Assembly: GCA_016710275.1 (NCBI GenBank)
Contig: JADJXS010000001.1
Span: 2,015,449 to 2,079,448, forward strand
Direction: 5' to 3'
DNA length: 64,000 nucleotides
Source: Phycisphaerales bacterium
Lineage (GTDB): Bacteria > Planctomycetota > Phycisphaerae > UBA1845 > Fen-1342
Under the pieces are notes generated by a model. It saw only the letters and a list, made by a program, of their open reading frames with translations, searched no databases and had not been told where the DNA came from. The position numbers and the translations under genes are program-made. Below are positions 35,034 to 44,329 of this stretch, piece by piece (the stretch's first letter is position 1; every line of letters begins with the position of its first letter).

Positions 35034-36296
35034 ATGCTGCCCGCCTCGCACATCCAATTGCCGCTGCCCGCCGACGCCGCTCCGGCAGTCGAGATTGTGG
35101 GCGTTTTGCGCGCCGCCGGTCACCAGGCGCTGCTGGCGGGCGGCTGCGTGCGCGACCTGCTGCGCGGCATGCCGCCTCATGACTATGACGTCGCAACCGA
35201 TGCGCTCCCCGCGCGGGTGGTGGAGCTTTTTCGCGCGACCCGCGAAGTCGGCGCGAGTTTCGGTGTGGTGCTCGTCCGTCGACGGGATCGCTGGATTGAA
35301 GTGGCCACTTTTCGCGCCGACGGCGTCTATGTCGACGGACGCCGTCCCGAACGCGTCACCTTTTCCGACGCGCTGCATGACGCCCAACGCCGTGATTTCA
35401 CGGTCAACGGCATGTTCCTCGACCCGGCGAGCGGTGAGATCATCGACTATGTCGGCGGCCGTGCGGACATCCGCGATGGTCTGATTCGCGCCATCGGCGA
35501 CCCCGCGGCGCGCTTTGCCGAAGATCACCTGCGGCTGCTGCGCGGCGTGCGCTTCGCGGCGCGGCTGGGCTACCGGATCGAGCCGGGCACCGCGGAGGCG
35601 ATTCGCCGCGAGGCGGGCAGTCTCTCGCGCGTCGCTGCGGAGCGCATCCGCGACGAATTGGAGCGCATGTTCGCGGACCACACGCGCGGTCGGGCGCTGT
35701 TCCTGCTGCACGAGTTGAATCTGTTGGCGCGGTTGTGGCCGGGAGCTGCGGAGGTCGCGCGCCATGCTGACCCAATGATCCCCCTGATTGCCCGCATCGA
35801 GGACGATGTTTCGGCGGGCTTTGAGCTGACGATGGCGATCCTGCTGTCGGAGTGTGCCGTCGGTGCCCAGGAGGCCGCGGCGAAGGGGCTGGCGCTATCG
35901 AATCGGCAGGCCGGCGCGGTGGCCTGGCTGCTTCAAATGCGCGCGGCGCTGGATGATCCGGCAGCGCTGTCGCTGGCGCAGCTCAAGCGGCTGGTCGCGT
36001 CGGAGTGGTTCGACGCCCTGAGCGCGTGGTCTCGGCAGCGAAGGGCCGCACTGCCCGATGCCGCCGCGCGGGCGAAGGTGCTGGAATCGCGCATCGCGGG
36101 GCTGCATCCGGATCGCATTGCTCCGCCGCCGTTTGTCAGTGGTGACGATCTGCTCGCGCGCGGGGTCGTTCCGGGGCCGCTTTACAAGCGCGTGTTGTCC
36201 GATTTGTACGAGCGGCAGTTGAATGAGACGCTGAGAGATCGCGCGTCGGCGCTTGCGGCGATGGATGACATTCTGAGGGGTGCGCAACACCCATAG
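35034..36296 (+). CDS. cca: CCA-adding tRNA nucleotidyltransferase / poly(A) polymerase family
   Basis: The head-domain motif is LLAGGCVRDLLRGMPPHDYDVATDA, followed by RADGVYVDGRRP and RRDFTVNGMF. ATG 35034 is in frame with ORF 34917..36296. Confidence 0.8.
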   Translation: MLPASHIQLPLPADAAPAVEIVGVLRAAGHQALLAGGCVRDLLRGMPPHDYDVATDALPARVVELFRATREVGASFGVVLVRRRDRWIEVATFRADGVYVDGRRPERVTFSDALHDAQRRDFTVNGMFLDPASGEIIDYVGGRADIRDGLIRAIGDPAARFAEDHLRLLRGVRFAARLGYRIEPGTAEAIRREAGSLSRVAAERIRDELERMFADHTRGRALFLLHELNLLARLWPGAAEVARHADPMIPLIARIEDDVSAGFELTMAILLSECAVGAQEAAAKGLALSNRQAGAVAWLLQMRAALDDPAALSLAQLKRLVASEWFDALSAWSRQRRAALPDAAARAKVLESRIAGLHPDRIAPPPFVSGDDLLARGVVPGPLYKRVLSDLYERQLNETLRDRASALAAMDDILRGAQHP

Positions 36297-36380
36297 CCGG
36301 GAGCGGCGTTCGGGGATGAACGACCTGTTCGGAGCGGGCGCATTCGCAGCGCTGGCGGCCGCTGCCCGGCGGGAGCGTGG

Positions 36381-36716
36381 TCACGCCTTCGCGAACGCTT
36401 CCCGCTCGAAGGGGTTGTCGCGGTAGGGGTCGCGTCCGCGGAGCAGCGCCCACGCGCCCGCCAGCAGATAGGCCGGAATGAACAGCGGCCCCCAGCGCTC
36501 GCACTGCCGGACATGCACGAGTTCGTGCGAGCGGGCGCGGTCGAGCGCCTCGCCGCTGACTCCGAGCACGATGTGTCCGAGCGTCATCGCCGTAGCGCCT
36601 CCGCGCAGCGGCACGACATGCCGAAGAAAGAACGTCACCAGACCGCCGTACACCTCGATGATTCCCCGCACGGCGCGCAGACGTCCGCCGCTCAGCAGCG
36701 CGATCGGAATCGCCAT
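36381..36716 (-). CDS. Small protein with HExxH motif (HELVHVRQ); start uncertain
   Basis: 111-aa ORF with the HExxH segment RARSHELVHVRQCERWG and hydrophobic stretches. Function is not assignable. Confidence 0.4.
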   Translation of the reverse strand: MAIPIALLSGGRLRAVRGIIEVYGGLVTFFLRHVVPLRGGATAMTLGHIVLGVSGEALDRARSHELVHVRQCERWGPLFIPAYLLAGAWALLRGRDPYRDNPFEREAFAKA

Positions 36717-36787
36717 TGCGCCGATGAGCGTGGTGGGTGCGGCCCACAGATACGCGAGCCAGCGCAGGGATCGACGTCTTCGCCGGT

Positions 36788-36952
36788 TCAGTCGAACAGG
36801 TCTTCGAGTTCGTCGAAGAAGTCGTCGTCGTCATCCAGCGCGTCGGAAATGTTATCGAAGAAGTCGCTGAGCCCCTGACAACTGATCGTGATGGCCGGCA
36901 GCGGGAGCAGCAGGGCGCCGAGCAGTGCGTATCGGGACCAGAATCGCGTCAT
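36788..36952 (-). CDS. Possible small acidic lipoprotein (weak call)
   Basis: ATG 36952 with GGAGA upstream. Reads MTRFWSRYALLGALLLPLPAITISC followed by a DDDDDFFDELEDLFD tail. Confidence 0.3.
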   Translation of the reverse strand: MTRFWSRYALLGALLLPLPAITISCQGLSDFFDNISDALDDDDDFFDELEDLFD

Positions 36953-37097
36953 GGCAGGATCTCCGTAGCGGTCCGGGGGAGCCGGCTGCTCGGCGGGTCC
37001 ATCCGCCGATCGGCAGCGGCCAGCCTTCAGACTACGCGACGGGCGAATACACGACAACGACGCGAAAGGGGGGGCAATGTCACGGAAGGCGGCGCAT

Positions 37098-37142
37098 AAA
37101 AAAAGAGGGCACCAGGGGCCCTAAGGCGTCCCGGTGCTCTCC
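37098..37142 (-). terminator. Strong Rho-independent terminator
   Basis: The minus strand reads GAGAGCACCGGG-ACGCCTTAGGGC-CCCTGGTGCCCTC-TTTTTTT. The stem is about 12 bp with one mismatch and one G-U pair, followed by a 7-T run. Confidence 0.75.
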
Positions 37143-37452
37143 GGAGGGGAAAGAAGCCGTTTTACTGCGGTCCCCGGCACTTCGCCGAGGTATGATAACT
37201 GCCTCCGATTCGAACTATACCGCTTTATCGGCGGCTGTCCAGCCCAACGACCGGATAAAATCAATTGTCCAGTGAACTCCATCGGCATCGTCCCCGCACG
37301 ACTTGAGCATTTTCCAAGCGGAAATCGTCGATCCGCGTCGCGAATTGCCGCGCAACCTCATTGCCAAAAATGATTTAGAAATTGTTCAAGAATGCCTGCA
37401 AGGGGCGTTGAATTCCCCCGGAGCCACGCAGATTGAATCGAACCGTCGCCCC
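37143..37452 (-). ncRNA. Candidate structured ncRNA of unknown family (low-GC segment between the mnmE stop and the terminator)
   Basis: About 310 nt with GC visibly below the local background and no ORF of 60 aa or more on this strand. It starts GGGGCGACGGTTCGATTC five nt after the mnmE stop. Possible long-range pairing exists between CUCCGGGGGAA near the 5' end and UUCCCCUCCGGAG near the 3' end. Family not identified. Confidence 0.25.
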
Positions 37453-37457
37453 AATCA

Positions 37458-38828
37458 CTACTTACCGATGCAGAAGGACGTGAAAATCCGTCCCAGCAGC
37501 GCCTCGGTCGCGTCCCGGTCCCAGCCCTTGCCGAACGCCTCGCAGGCCGATCGCAGGTCCATCGCGACCAGCTCGGCGTCGAACCTGCGGCTTTCGTCAG
37601 CCAGTTGAGCCAGAATCCGCAGAATCGCCGCCCGGAATTCGACAAGCGGCTCATTCTCGGCTTGCGGTGTTCGTTCGCGAATTGACAGACGCCGTTTCAG
37701 TACGCCGCGCAGTTCTGTGAGACCTTCGCCTGTGCGGGCGCTCACGGTGATCTGATCATCGGCCGCTATTGGCGGCTTTTCGGCAGGAATGAGACGGGGT
37801 TGAGGCAGGCGGTCGGCCTGGCTTAGCGCCAGAATGCAGCGATCCGCGCCAATCCGCGCCCATGCAGCGCGTTCCACGTCAGACCACGGCATTGTGCAAT
37901 CATGAACCCAGATCACCACGTCGGCCAGGTCGGCCGCGCTTTCGGCTGCGTGATGCGCCGACAGTTCGACTTCGTCGGGAGCGTGTCCCAGGCCGGCACA
38001 GTCCTGAAGGACGACGGGCACATCGTTCAATGTGATGGACGCGCTGAGCACGTCGCGAGTCGTGCCGACGACGGGGGACACAATCGCACGCTGCGAGCCG
38101 AGCAGCGCGTTGAAAAGCGTGCTTTTTCCGGCATTGGGCAGCCCGACCAGCGCGACGTGCGGGAGGCTGACGGCGGCGGCGTCGCGGCCGGGCCGCTCGC
38201 GAAGCGCGTCCGCTGCCCGGGCGGCGAGGGTCGTGCAACGATCGCGCAGCGCGGCGGGCGAGATGAAGCTGACGTCCTCCTCGTCCACGAAGTCGATCCC
38301 CGCTTCGACCCGCGCGAGCAGCTCGGAGGCGGCATCGAGCAGCTCCTCGTGCAGGCTGCGCCGCGCACCGCCGACGGTCCGTGCAGCCGATCGCAATTGC
38401 CCGGCGCTGTCGGCGTGAATCAGCGACAGCACGCCCCATACCTGCTCGCGATCGAGCTTGCCATGCAGAAACGCACGGGCGGTAAATTCGCCGGGCAGCG
38501 CCCGCCGCGCGCCGGCCGAGATCAGCTTCGAGGCGATCTCGCGTAGCAGCGGGGGTGCGCCGCAGAGGTGCAGCTCGATCAGGAGTTGGCCGGTGTAACT
38601 GCGCGGCGCCGGGAAAATAAGCGCTTCGGCGGGCAGGCTCACATCGTCGTCGAGCGACACGCGCACCATTCGCGATGCGGGCCGATCCGCGGCAGGCAGC
38701 GGCCCGCATAATGACTCCGCCAGCTCCAGCGACCGCGGCCCGCTGAGGCGGATCACGCCGACCGGGGCCGGCGACCATGCGGTTGCAGGCGCAACGATCG
38801 TATCGTTCGTGGGGGGGAGCGTCGTCAC
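37458..38828 (-). CDS. mnmE: tRNA modification GTPase MnmE
   Basis: IVAPATAWSPAPVGVIRLSG at the N-terminus, G1 motif GLPNAGKSTLFNALLG, G2 motif VGTTRD, and C-terminal FCIGK. GTG 38828 gives a typical ~456-aa length. The ATG at 39041 would add about 70 aa and overlap the upstream gene. Confidence 0.9.
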   Translation of the reverse strand: MTTLPPTNDTIVAPATAWSPAPVGVIRLSGPRSLELAESLCGPLPAADRPASRMVRVSLDDDVSLPAEALIFPAPRSYTGQLLIELHLCGAPPLLREIASKLISAGARRALPGEFTARAFLHGKLDREQVWGVLSLIHADSAGQLRSAARTVGGARRSLHEELLDAASELLARVEAGIDFVDEEDVSFISPAALRDRCTTLAARAADALRERPGRDAAAVSLPHVALVGLPNAGKSTLFNALLGSQRAIVSPVVGTTRDVLSASITLNDVPVVLQDCAGLGHAPDEVELSAHHAAESAADLADVVIWVHDCTMPWSDVERAAWARIGADRCILALSQADRLPQPRLIPAEKPPIAADDQITVSARTGEGLTELRGVLKRRLSIRERTPQAENEPLVEFRAAILRILAQLADESRRFDAELVAMDLRSACEAFGKGWDRDATEALLGRIFTSFCIGK

Positions 38829-38892
38829 GGCACCATCGTAATGGCGCTTTGTCCGCTGTACGCGGCCCGGGTGAGGGAAGCGCCGCAGGGGG

Positions 38893-39900
38893 CTACAGGC
38901 GGCGCGCGAGGACGAAGGCGGCCATCGCTTCGAGCGCGCTGCGCGCGGCAGAGGGCGGCAGCGCTTCGAGCGCCTGCACGGCTGAGGCGACGTGCCGTTC
39001 GGCGGCGGACTGGGCGTATTCGATGCTGTTCGATGCGGCAATCAGCCGGGCCACTTCGCGATAGCGCTGATCATCCGCGGAGCGCAGCGCCGCGGTCAGC
39101 CGGGCGCGAGGCTCGTCCTCCTGCGACCGCAGGAAGTGAATCAGCGGCAACGTGAGCTTGCCCTTGGCGACGTCGCGGCCGAGCGACTTGCCGACTTCGG
39201 CCTCATCGCCGGTCAGGTCGAGCAGATCGTCCGTGATTTGAAAGGCGACGCCGACCGCCAGCCCGAATTGCCGCAGGGCGTCCACCTGTTCACGCGGCGC
39301 GCCGGCGTAGATCGCACCGAGGGCGCCGCACACGCCGATCAACGAGGCGGTCTTGCGCGAGATGATGTCGAGATACTCCTCCTCGCGGAGGGCGAGATTC
39401 TCGCGGTGGAAGACCTGCATCAACTCGCCTTCGCAGACGGTGTTGGCCATGTGTGCGATCATGCGCGCCGCCTGCGGCGTGGGCAGGCTGCTGCACAGGT
39501 GAAAGGCGTGGCTGATCAGGTAATCGCCCAGCAGAACGGCCCGCTCATTCCCCCACAGGCGGTTGACCGTGGCGCTGCGCCGCCGGATGTCCGCCTCGTC
39601 GAGAACGTCGTCATGCACGAGGGTGGCGATGTGCACCATCTCGACGACCGCCGCAAGCACGTGGTGCTCCGGACGCACGTCGCCGCAGGCGCGCGCCGCC
39701 AGCAGCAGCAACGCCGGGCGAAGGCGCTTGCCATGAAAGCGGGCCACATGCGCGCACAGGTCGCTGATGAACCCCTGGTCGCTGATCAACTCGTCGCGGA
39801 AGATGGCGGCGCTGGCCTCGACGTCCGCGGCCACCGGGGCGTACAGATCCGACAGCGGCAGGGCGGCTGCGGGGAGCAGGTCTGCGGGTTGCTGGCTCAC
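38893..39900 (-). CDS. Polyprenyl diphosphate synthase (trans-IPPS, octa/heptaprenyl-type)
   Basis: FARM motif LVHDDVLDEADIRR and SARM motif FQITDDLLD, with length ~335 aa. Confidence 0.85.
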   Translation of the reverse strand: MSQQPADLLPAAALPLSDLYAPVAADVEASAAIFRDELISDQGFISDLCAHVARFHGKRLRPALLLLAARACGDVRPEHHVLAAVVEMVHIATLVHDDVLDEADIRRRSATVNRLWGNERAVLLGDYLISHAFHLCSSLPTPQAARMIAHMANTVCEGELMQVFHRENLALREEEYLDIISRKTASLIGVCGALGAIYAGAPREQVDALRQFGLAVGVAFQITDDLLDLTGDEAEVGKSLGRDVAKGKLTLPLIHFLRSQEDEPRARLTAALRSADDQRYREVARLIAASNSIEYAQSAAERHVASAVQALEALPPSAARSALEAMAAFVLARRL

Positions 39901-39998
39901 GGCGGGCTATTGTTGGGCGCGGCGGGCGGCTGTCCAGCCGGGGCGGGCATTTTCACAAGGATTGAAAGCCGGGCCTCGCCGAACAGGGTTCCGGTGTT

Positions 39999-40421
39999 TC
40001 AAGGAGGGGAGGCGGCGCTGCCGACGCGGCTGCCGCGGCAGCGCGGGCAGGTGGGGGCGCTCTCATCCCGCGGGAGGAACTCGTTCGAGCAATCCTGGCA
40101 GCGCCAAAGCGGGCGGGCGGCATGCTGGCCGCATTTCGGGCAGGCGACCGGGAATTGCCGGCCGACTGGGACACGGAGCGCGGCGACGTGGCCGCATTCC
40201 GTGGCGCTGCACAGCACGCGCACGTCATATTCGGCGGGCTTCAGCTGGGCCGGCGGGCGGAGGATCGAATAGAGGATGCCGGCCAGCAGCAGCAGCCCGG
40301 CGCCGCCCGCTGCGATCAGGATTCGCATGCGGCGGCGACGGCGGGCAAATGCGCCGACTGAGACGTCGCCGCCGTGGGCGAGCGCCCGTCGGTAGTCGCG
40401 CAACTCCATGTCAGGTTTCAC
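39999..40421 (-). CDS. Membrane-anchored zinc-ribbon protein (hypothetical)
   Basis: One transmembrane helix (ILIAAGGAGLLLLAGILYSIL), then CxxC pairs: CSATEC, CPKC, CQDC and CPRC. Confidence 0.45.
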   Translation of the reverse strand: MKPDMELRDYRRALAHGGDVSVGAFARRRRRMRILIAAGGAGLLLLAGILYSILRPPAQLKPAEYDVRVLCSATECGHVAALRVPVGRQFPVACPKCGQHAARPLWRCQDCSNEFLPRDESAPTCPRCRGSRVGSAASPP

Positions 40422-40569
40422 GAGCGGGCTGCTCCGTGCAATTCGAGGTCACGCGCTGCGAGTGATCGACTTATGATAGTGTGAGTCAGTTCAGGAGCGG
40501 TGCAGCGGGCTGCGCCGGTGTGTTTTTCAGGAGTGTGCGTGGTTCGGCGGAGATTGACGAAAGCACGGC

Positions 40570-41180
40570 GCATGGCGCGGCGTCCGGCATGGGTGCGGGC
40601 CGAAGCGCATGCCGACGCAATGCCGTCGGCATGGCACCCGATGCGCGGCGAGCATGCTTACGCGGAGTACCGCGAAAGCATGCCACCCAATTTGGCGCCA
40701 CCCCAATTGGCGCCCATTCTGGCGCCCAATTTGGCGTCATCCGATATTGCGTTACCCAATTCTGCGCCACCCGACTCGCCACCCGATTCTGCATTTCCCG
40801 AATTGAGGCATGGCACGGCGTCCGGCATGGGCGCGGGACCAAGAGCATGCCGAGGCAAAGCCGTCGGCATGGCACCCGATGCGCGGCGAGCATGCTTACG
40901 CGGAGTACCGCGAAAGCATGCCACCCAATTTGGCGCCACCCAATTTGGCGCCACCCCAATTGGCGCCACCCCAATTGGCGCCACCCCAATTGGCGCCCAA
41001 TCTGGCGCCCAATTTGGCGTCAACCGATATTGCGTTACCCAATTCTGCGCCACCCGACATGCCACCCGATTCTCCATTACCCGAATTGGGGCATGGCACG
41101 GCGTCCGGCATGGGCGCGGGACCAAGAGCATGCCGACGCAAAGCCGTCGGTACGGCACCTGATGCGCGCGGGCGCTCGTG
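40570..41180. repeat. About 2.4 tandem copies of a 238/283-bp composite unit: H1 hairpin + H2 hairpin + ATGCCACCC + short tandem sub-repeats
   Basis: Units start at 40570, 40808 and 41091. H1 is catgccgacg-N6-cgtcggcatg and H2 is gcatgcttacgcggagtaccgcgaaagcatgc. Sub-repeats (aatttggcgccaccc and relatives) have lengths 15, 12 or 18 nt. Confidence 0.85.
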
Positions 41181-41240
41181 TGACGGTCGATGTCACTCGG
41201 CGCCCCGGGTGTATGTGACGTAAGGAGAGAATTCGGAGTC

Positions 41241-41738
41241 ATGCAATTTCGCACCGGCATCGGCTACGACCTTCACCGCACGGGGGCCGCGCGCGCGCTG
41301 CGGCTGGGCGGCGTTGAGATTCCGGCGGAAAGCGGGCTGATCGGGCACAGCGACGCGGACGTCGTGCTGCACGCCGTGGTGGATGCGCTGCTGGGGGCGG
41401 CCGGCATCGGCGACATCGGCGACCTTTTTCCGGATACGGACGAGCGCTATCGCGACATGGACAGCCGCGTGTTCGTCGAGGAGGCGGTTCGGCGTACGCG
41501 GGCGGGCGGCTGGGCGTGCGAGAACTGCGACATCATCGTGCACGCCGAGCGCCCGAAACTCGCCGCTCACAAACCGGCAATCGCCGCGCGGGTGGCGGAG
41601 CTGCTCGGGATTGACCGGGATCGGGTGTGCGTGAAGGCCACGACGAACGAACGGCTCGGGCCGATCGGCCGCGGCGAGGCCATCGCCTGCTGGGCGGCCG
41701 TGCTGCTCTCGCGCGAGGCTGCACCGGCAGTGGGGTAG
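41241..41738 (+). CDS. ispF: 2-C-methyl-D-erythritol 2,4-cyclodiphosphate synthase
   Basis: RBS AAGGAGA and ATG 41241. Contains FRTGIGYDLHR, GHSDADVVLHAVVDALLGA, IGDLFPDTD and ATTNERLGPIGRGEAIA. Confidence 0.9.
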   Translation: MQFRTGIGYDLHRTGAARALRLGGVEIPAESGLIGHSDADVVLHAVVDALLGAAGIGDIGDLFPDTDERYRDMDSRVFVEEAVRRTRAGGWACENCDIIVHAERPKLAAHKPAIAARVAELLGIDRDRVCVKATTNERLGPIGRGEAIACWAAVLLSREAAPAVG

Positions 41739-42044
41739 ACGGGGTTCGATGATTCGGTGCCGCCTGGCTGCACGGGCGGATGCGGAACCGTAGTGCAGGC
41801 ATTCTGAATGACGAGCGTCGTGGGGCAGGCATCCTGCTCGCACAGGCCCGTCGTGCGTCTTCGTGAAGTACAGGCAGGATGCCTGCGCCGCAGCGCCGCC
41901 AAAACCGGCCCGGCGCCTTCCAGGCCGGCGAGCAGCGCTTCGTCACCGTTGCGTATCGGTCGCCGCGCAGCGCGCCTGATATCGGTGCGGAGCCCCTCCA
42001 CGGCGAACCGCCATTGCGGCCGACCTCGCTTTTGGTCGCGCCCG

Positions 42045-44090
42045 TTACTCCTCTTCCTCTCCGTGCGGCTTGAAGTTGGCGACGATCTGCTGCTGCACCA
42101 TCGGCGGCACGATGTCGTAGTGGCTCAGCTCCATGGAGAAGCTGCCCTGTCCGCCGGTGACGGACTTGAGCTGTGAGCTGTAATTCGCCACTTCCGCCAG
42201 CGGCACCGAGGCCTTGAGTACGGCCTGATTGCCGGGCAGCACGTCCTGACCCACGACCTGTCCGCGCTTGCCGGCGATGTCGCGGGCGATGTCGCCGACG
42301 AACTGCGCCGGCACGTTCACCTCGATGTTGACGACCGGCTCCAGCAGGATCGGCTTGGCGGTCGCAAAGGCCTTCTTGAAGGCCTGCCGACCGGCGATCT
42401 GAAACGCGATGTCCTTGGAATCGACCGGGTGCGTCTTGCCGTCCACGAGCGAGACCTTGACGTCCACAACCGGGTATCCGGCGATCACGCCCTTCTTCAG
42501 TTGCTCGCGGATGCCCTTGTCCACCGAGGGGCGGAAGGCCTGGTCGATCACGCCGCCGAAAATCTTGTCCTGGAACTCATATCCCGCGCCGCGCTCGTTC
42601 GGCTCCAGGTCGATGAATACGCGGGCGTATTGCCCAGCGCCGCCCGACTGCTTCTTGTGGGTGTACTCGACACCCTTGGCGACGCCCACCACCGTTTCCC
42701 GATAGGGGATCTTCGGCGCGTGCGTCTCGACATCGAGCTTGAACATGCGCTTGATCTTTGACCGCACGACCGCCAGGTGCAGATCGCCCATCCCCTCGAT
42801 CACCAACTCATGCGTCTGCGGGTCGCGGTGGCTGCGGAAGCAGGGGTCTTCCTCCTCGAAGCGGCGCAGCGCTCCGCCGATCTTGTCGATGTCGCCCCGC
42901 GACTTGGATTCGATCGCGCGGCTGAACATCGGCGTCGGGAAGCGCGGCATGGGGATCGTTCCCTCGACCGCCTCCGTATCCAGAATCTGGCCGATGTGCA
43001 GGTCCAGCTTGGCGAAAGCGACGAGATCGCCCGGGCCGGCGGCCGGAATCTCGTGATGCTCCGCGCCGCGGAGCTTGAAGATGTGTCCCGGCCGGGTGGC
43101 CTTGCGGTCGTCGCCGACGTGGAAGGAGCCGTCGCCCTTAAGGGTCCCGGAAAACACGCGCGCCACCGCATACTTGATGTTGCTCTTGGGGTCGCTGGTC
43201 AACTTGACGACCTGCGCGATGAACGGTCCGTCGAGCTTCGGCTCGATCGGCGTACGAACGGCGTTTTCGCCTTCGCCGCGGACGATTTCGCGGCGCTTGC
43301 CGTAGACCGGTGAGGGCGCGAACAGCGTCAGCGCTTCCAGAAACTCATCGACCCCGACGCCCCCCTTCGAGTTCACGAACAGCACCGGCACCAGGTGCCC
43401 GCTGCCGACCGCCGCGCCGATGGCCGGTTCGAGCTTCTCGGAGGGAATGGAGCCTGTGCTCATGTATTCCTCCATCAGCGAGTCGTCGATCTCGACGATG
43501 GAGTCCAGCAGCTCGGTGTGGCACTTCTTCACGTCCAGGATGTCGGCCTTGCCGTCTTCCGCGGTCAGCACGTCGATGACGCGCTTGCCGCCGTCAGCCG
43601 GGAGATTGATCGGGTGGCACTCCGCGCCGAAGGTCTCGCGGATGGAGGCCAGCACCTCTTCGAGATTGGCGTTCTCATGATCGATCTTCGTGATCACGAT
43701 CATCCGCGCCAGGCCGAAGTCGCGGGCGGCGTTGAACATGCGGCGGGTGTTGACGCCGATGCCGTTGACCGCCGAGACGCACACGATCGCGGTTTCCACG
43801 GCCGCGAGGGCCGCGATCGCCGGGCCGGCGTAATCCGGCATGCCCGGCGCGACGACGATGTTCACCAGCTTGCCGTCGCGCTCGAAATGCAGCAGGGAGC
43901 TGTCGGTGCTGTGGCGGCGCTCGCGTGACTCGTCGTCAAAGTCCAGGACGCTGGTGCCGTCATCGACGTTGCCGAGCCGGCTGGTGACGCCCAGCTTGTG
44001 CAGGATGGCTTCCCCCAACGTGGTCTTTCCCGCCGCCGCGTGCCCCACGAACGCGACGTTGTGCATCTCCGCGACTTGATGTACGCCCAT
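42045..44090 (-). CDS. Elongation factor G family GTPase (EF-G paralog)
   Basis: G1 motif VGHAAAGKTTLGEAIL, then VVAPGMPDY(DxxG-like), ITKID (NKxD-like). Domains II-V are recognisable (GDLVAFAKLD ... PYRETV ... EPVVNIEVNVP). The G motifs deviate from canonical FusA, which suggests a paralog. Confidence 0.8.
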   Translation of the reverse strand: MGVHQVAEMHNVAFVGHAAAGKTTLGEAILHKLGVTSRLGNVDDGTSVLDFDDESRERRHSTDSSLLHFERDGKLVNIVVAPGMPDYAGPAIAALAAVETAIVCVSAVNGIGVNTRRMFNAARDFGLARMIVITKIDHENANLEEVLASIRETFGAECHPINLPADGGKRVIDVLTAEDGKADILDVKKCHTELLDSIVEIDDSLMEEYMSTGSIPSEKLEPAIGAAVGSGHLVPVLFVNSKGGVGVDEFLEALTLFAPSPVYGKRREIVRGEGENAVRTPIEPKLDGPFIAQVVKLTSDPKSNIKYAVARVFSGTLKGDGSFHVGDDRKATRPGHIFKLRGAEHHEIPAAGPGDLVAFAKLDLHIGQILDTEAVEGTIPMPRFPTPMFSRAIESKSRGDIDKIGGALRRFEEEDPCFRSHRDPQTHELVIEGMGDLHLAVVRSKIKRMFKLDVETHAPKIPYRETVVGVAKGVEYTHKKQSGGAGQYARVFIDLEPNERGAGYEFQDKIFGGVIDQAFRPSVDKGIREQLKKGVIAGYPVVDVKVSLVDGKTHPVDSKDIAFQIAGRQAFKKAFATAKPILLEPVVNIEVNVPAQFVGDIARDIAGKRGQVVGQDVLPGNQAVLKASVPLAEVANYSSQLKSVTGGQGSFSMELSHYDIVPPMVQQQIVANFKPHGEEEE

Positions 44091-44329
44091 AGGTGGGTCT
44101 CCCGATGCCGCCTGACCGGCAGGCCGAATGTGAAGAATCCGTCCGTCGCAGTATAGCGCGCCGCCCGGGACGGGGAAACGCGCCCGGCCGCGGCATCCGG
44201 AGGCCTGTCATCAGCCGCGGTTCCTCCGGCCGCACGGCGGTCTGCGCGCAGAGCGCCCCGCGAGGATATCATGCCCGGCCGCGGGCGCAACCGGTTGCCC
44301 GGGCACACTCTCCGTCAGGAGCGAGCGTC

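Noticed and set aside
37143-37452. tmRNA (ssrA) assignment for the low-GC segment
   Set aside because: The 5' GGGGCGACGGTTCGA and the ~350-nt length are suggestive. However, I find no 3' tRNA-like end: no T-arm with a paired stem, and no UCGCCCC-ACCA complementary to the 5' end. I also find no tag ORF ending in ...AA-stop. RNase P (no GAGGAAAGUCC) and SRP RNA motifs are absent too. It is kept only as an unassigned ncRNA candidate.
38829-39041. ATG 39041 as the mnmE start
   Set aside because: It would add about 70 Pro/Arg/Ser-rich residues with no MnmE homology and would overlap the 3' end of the polyprenyl synthase gene. GTG 38828 gives the canonical length and N-terminus.
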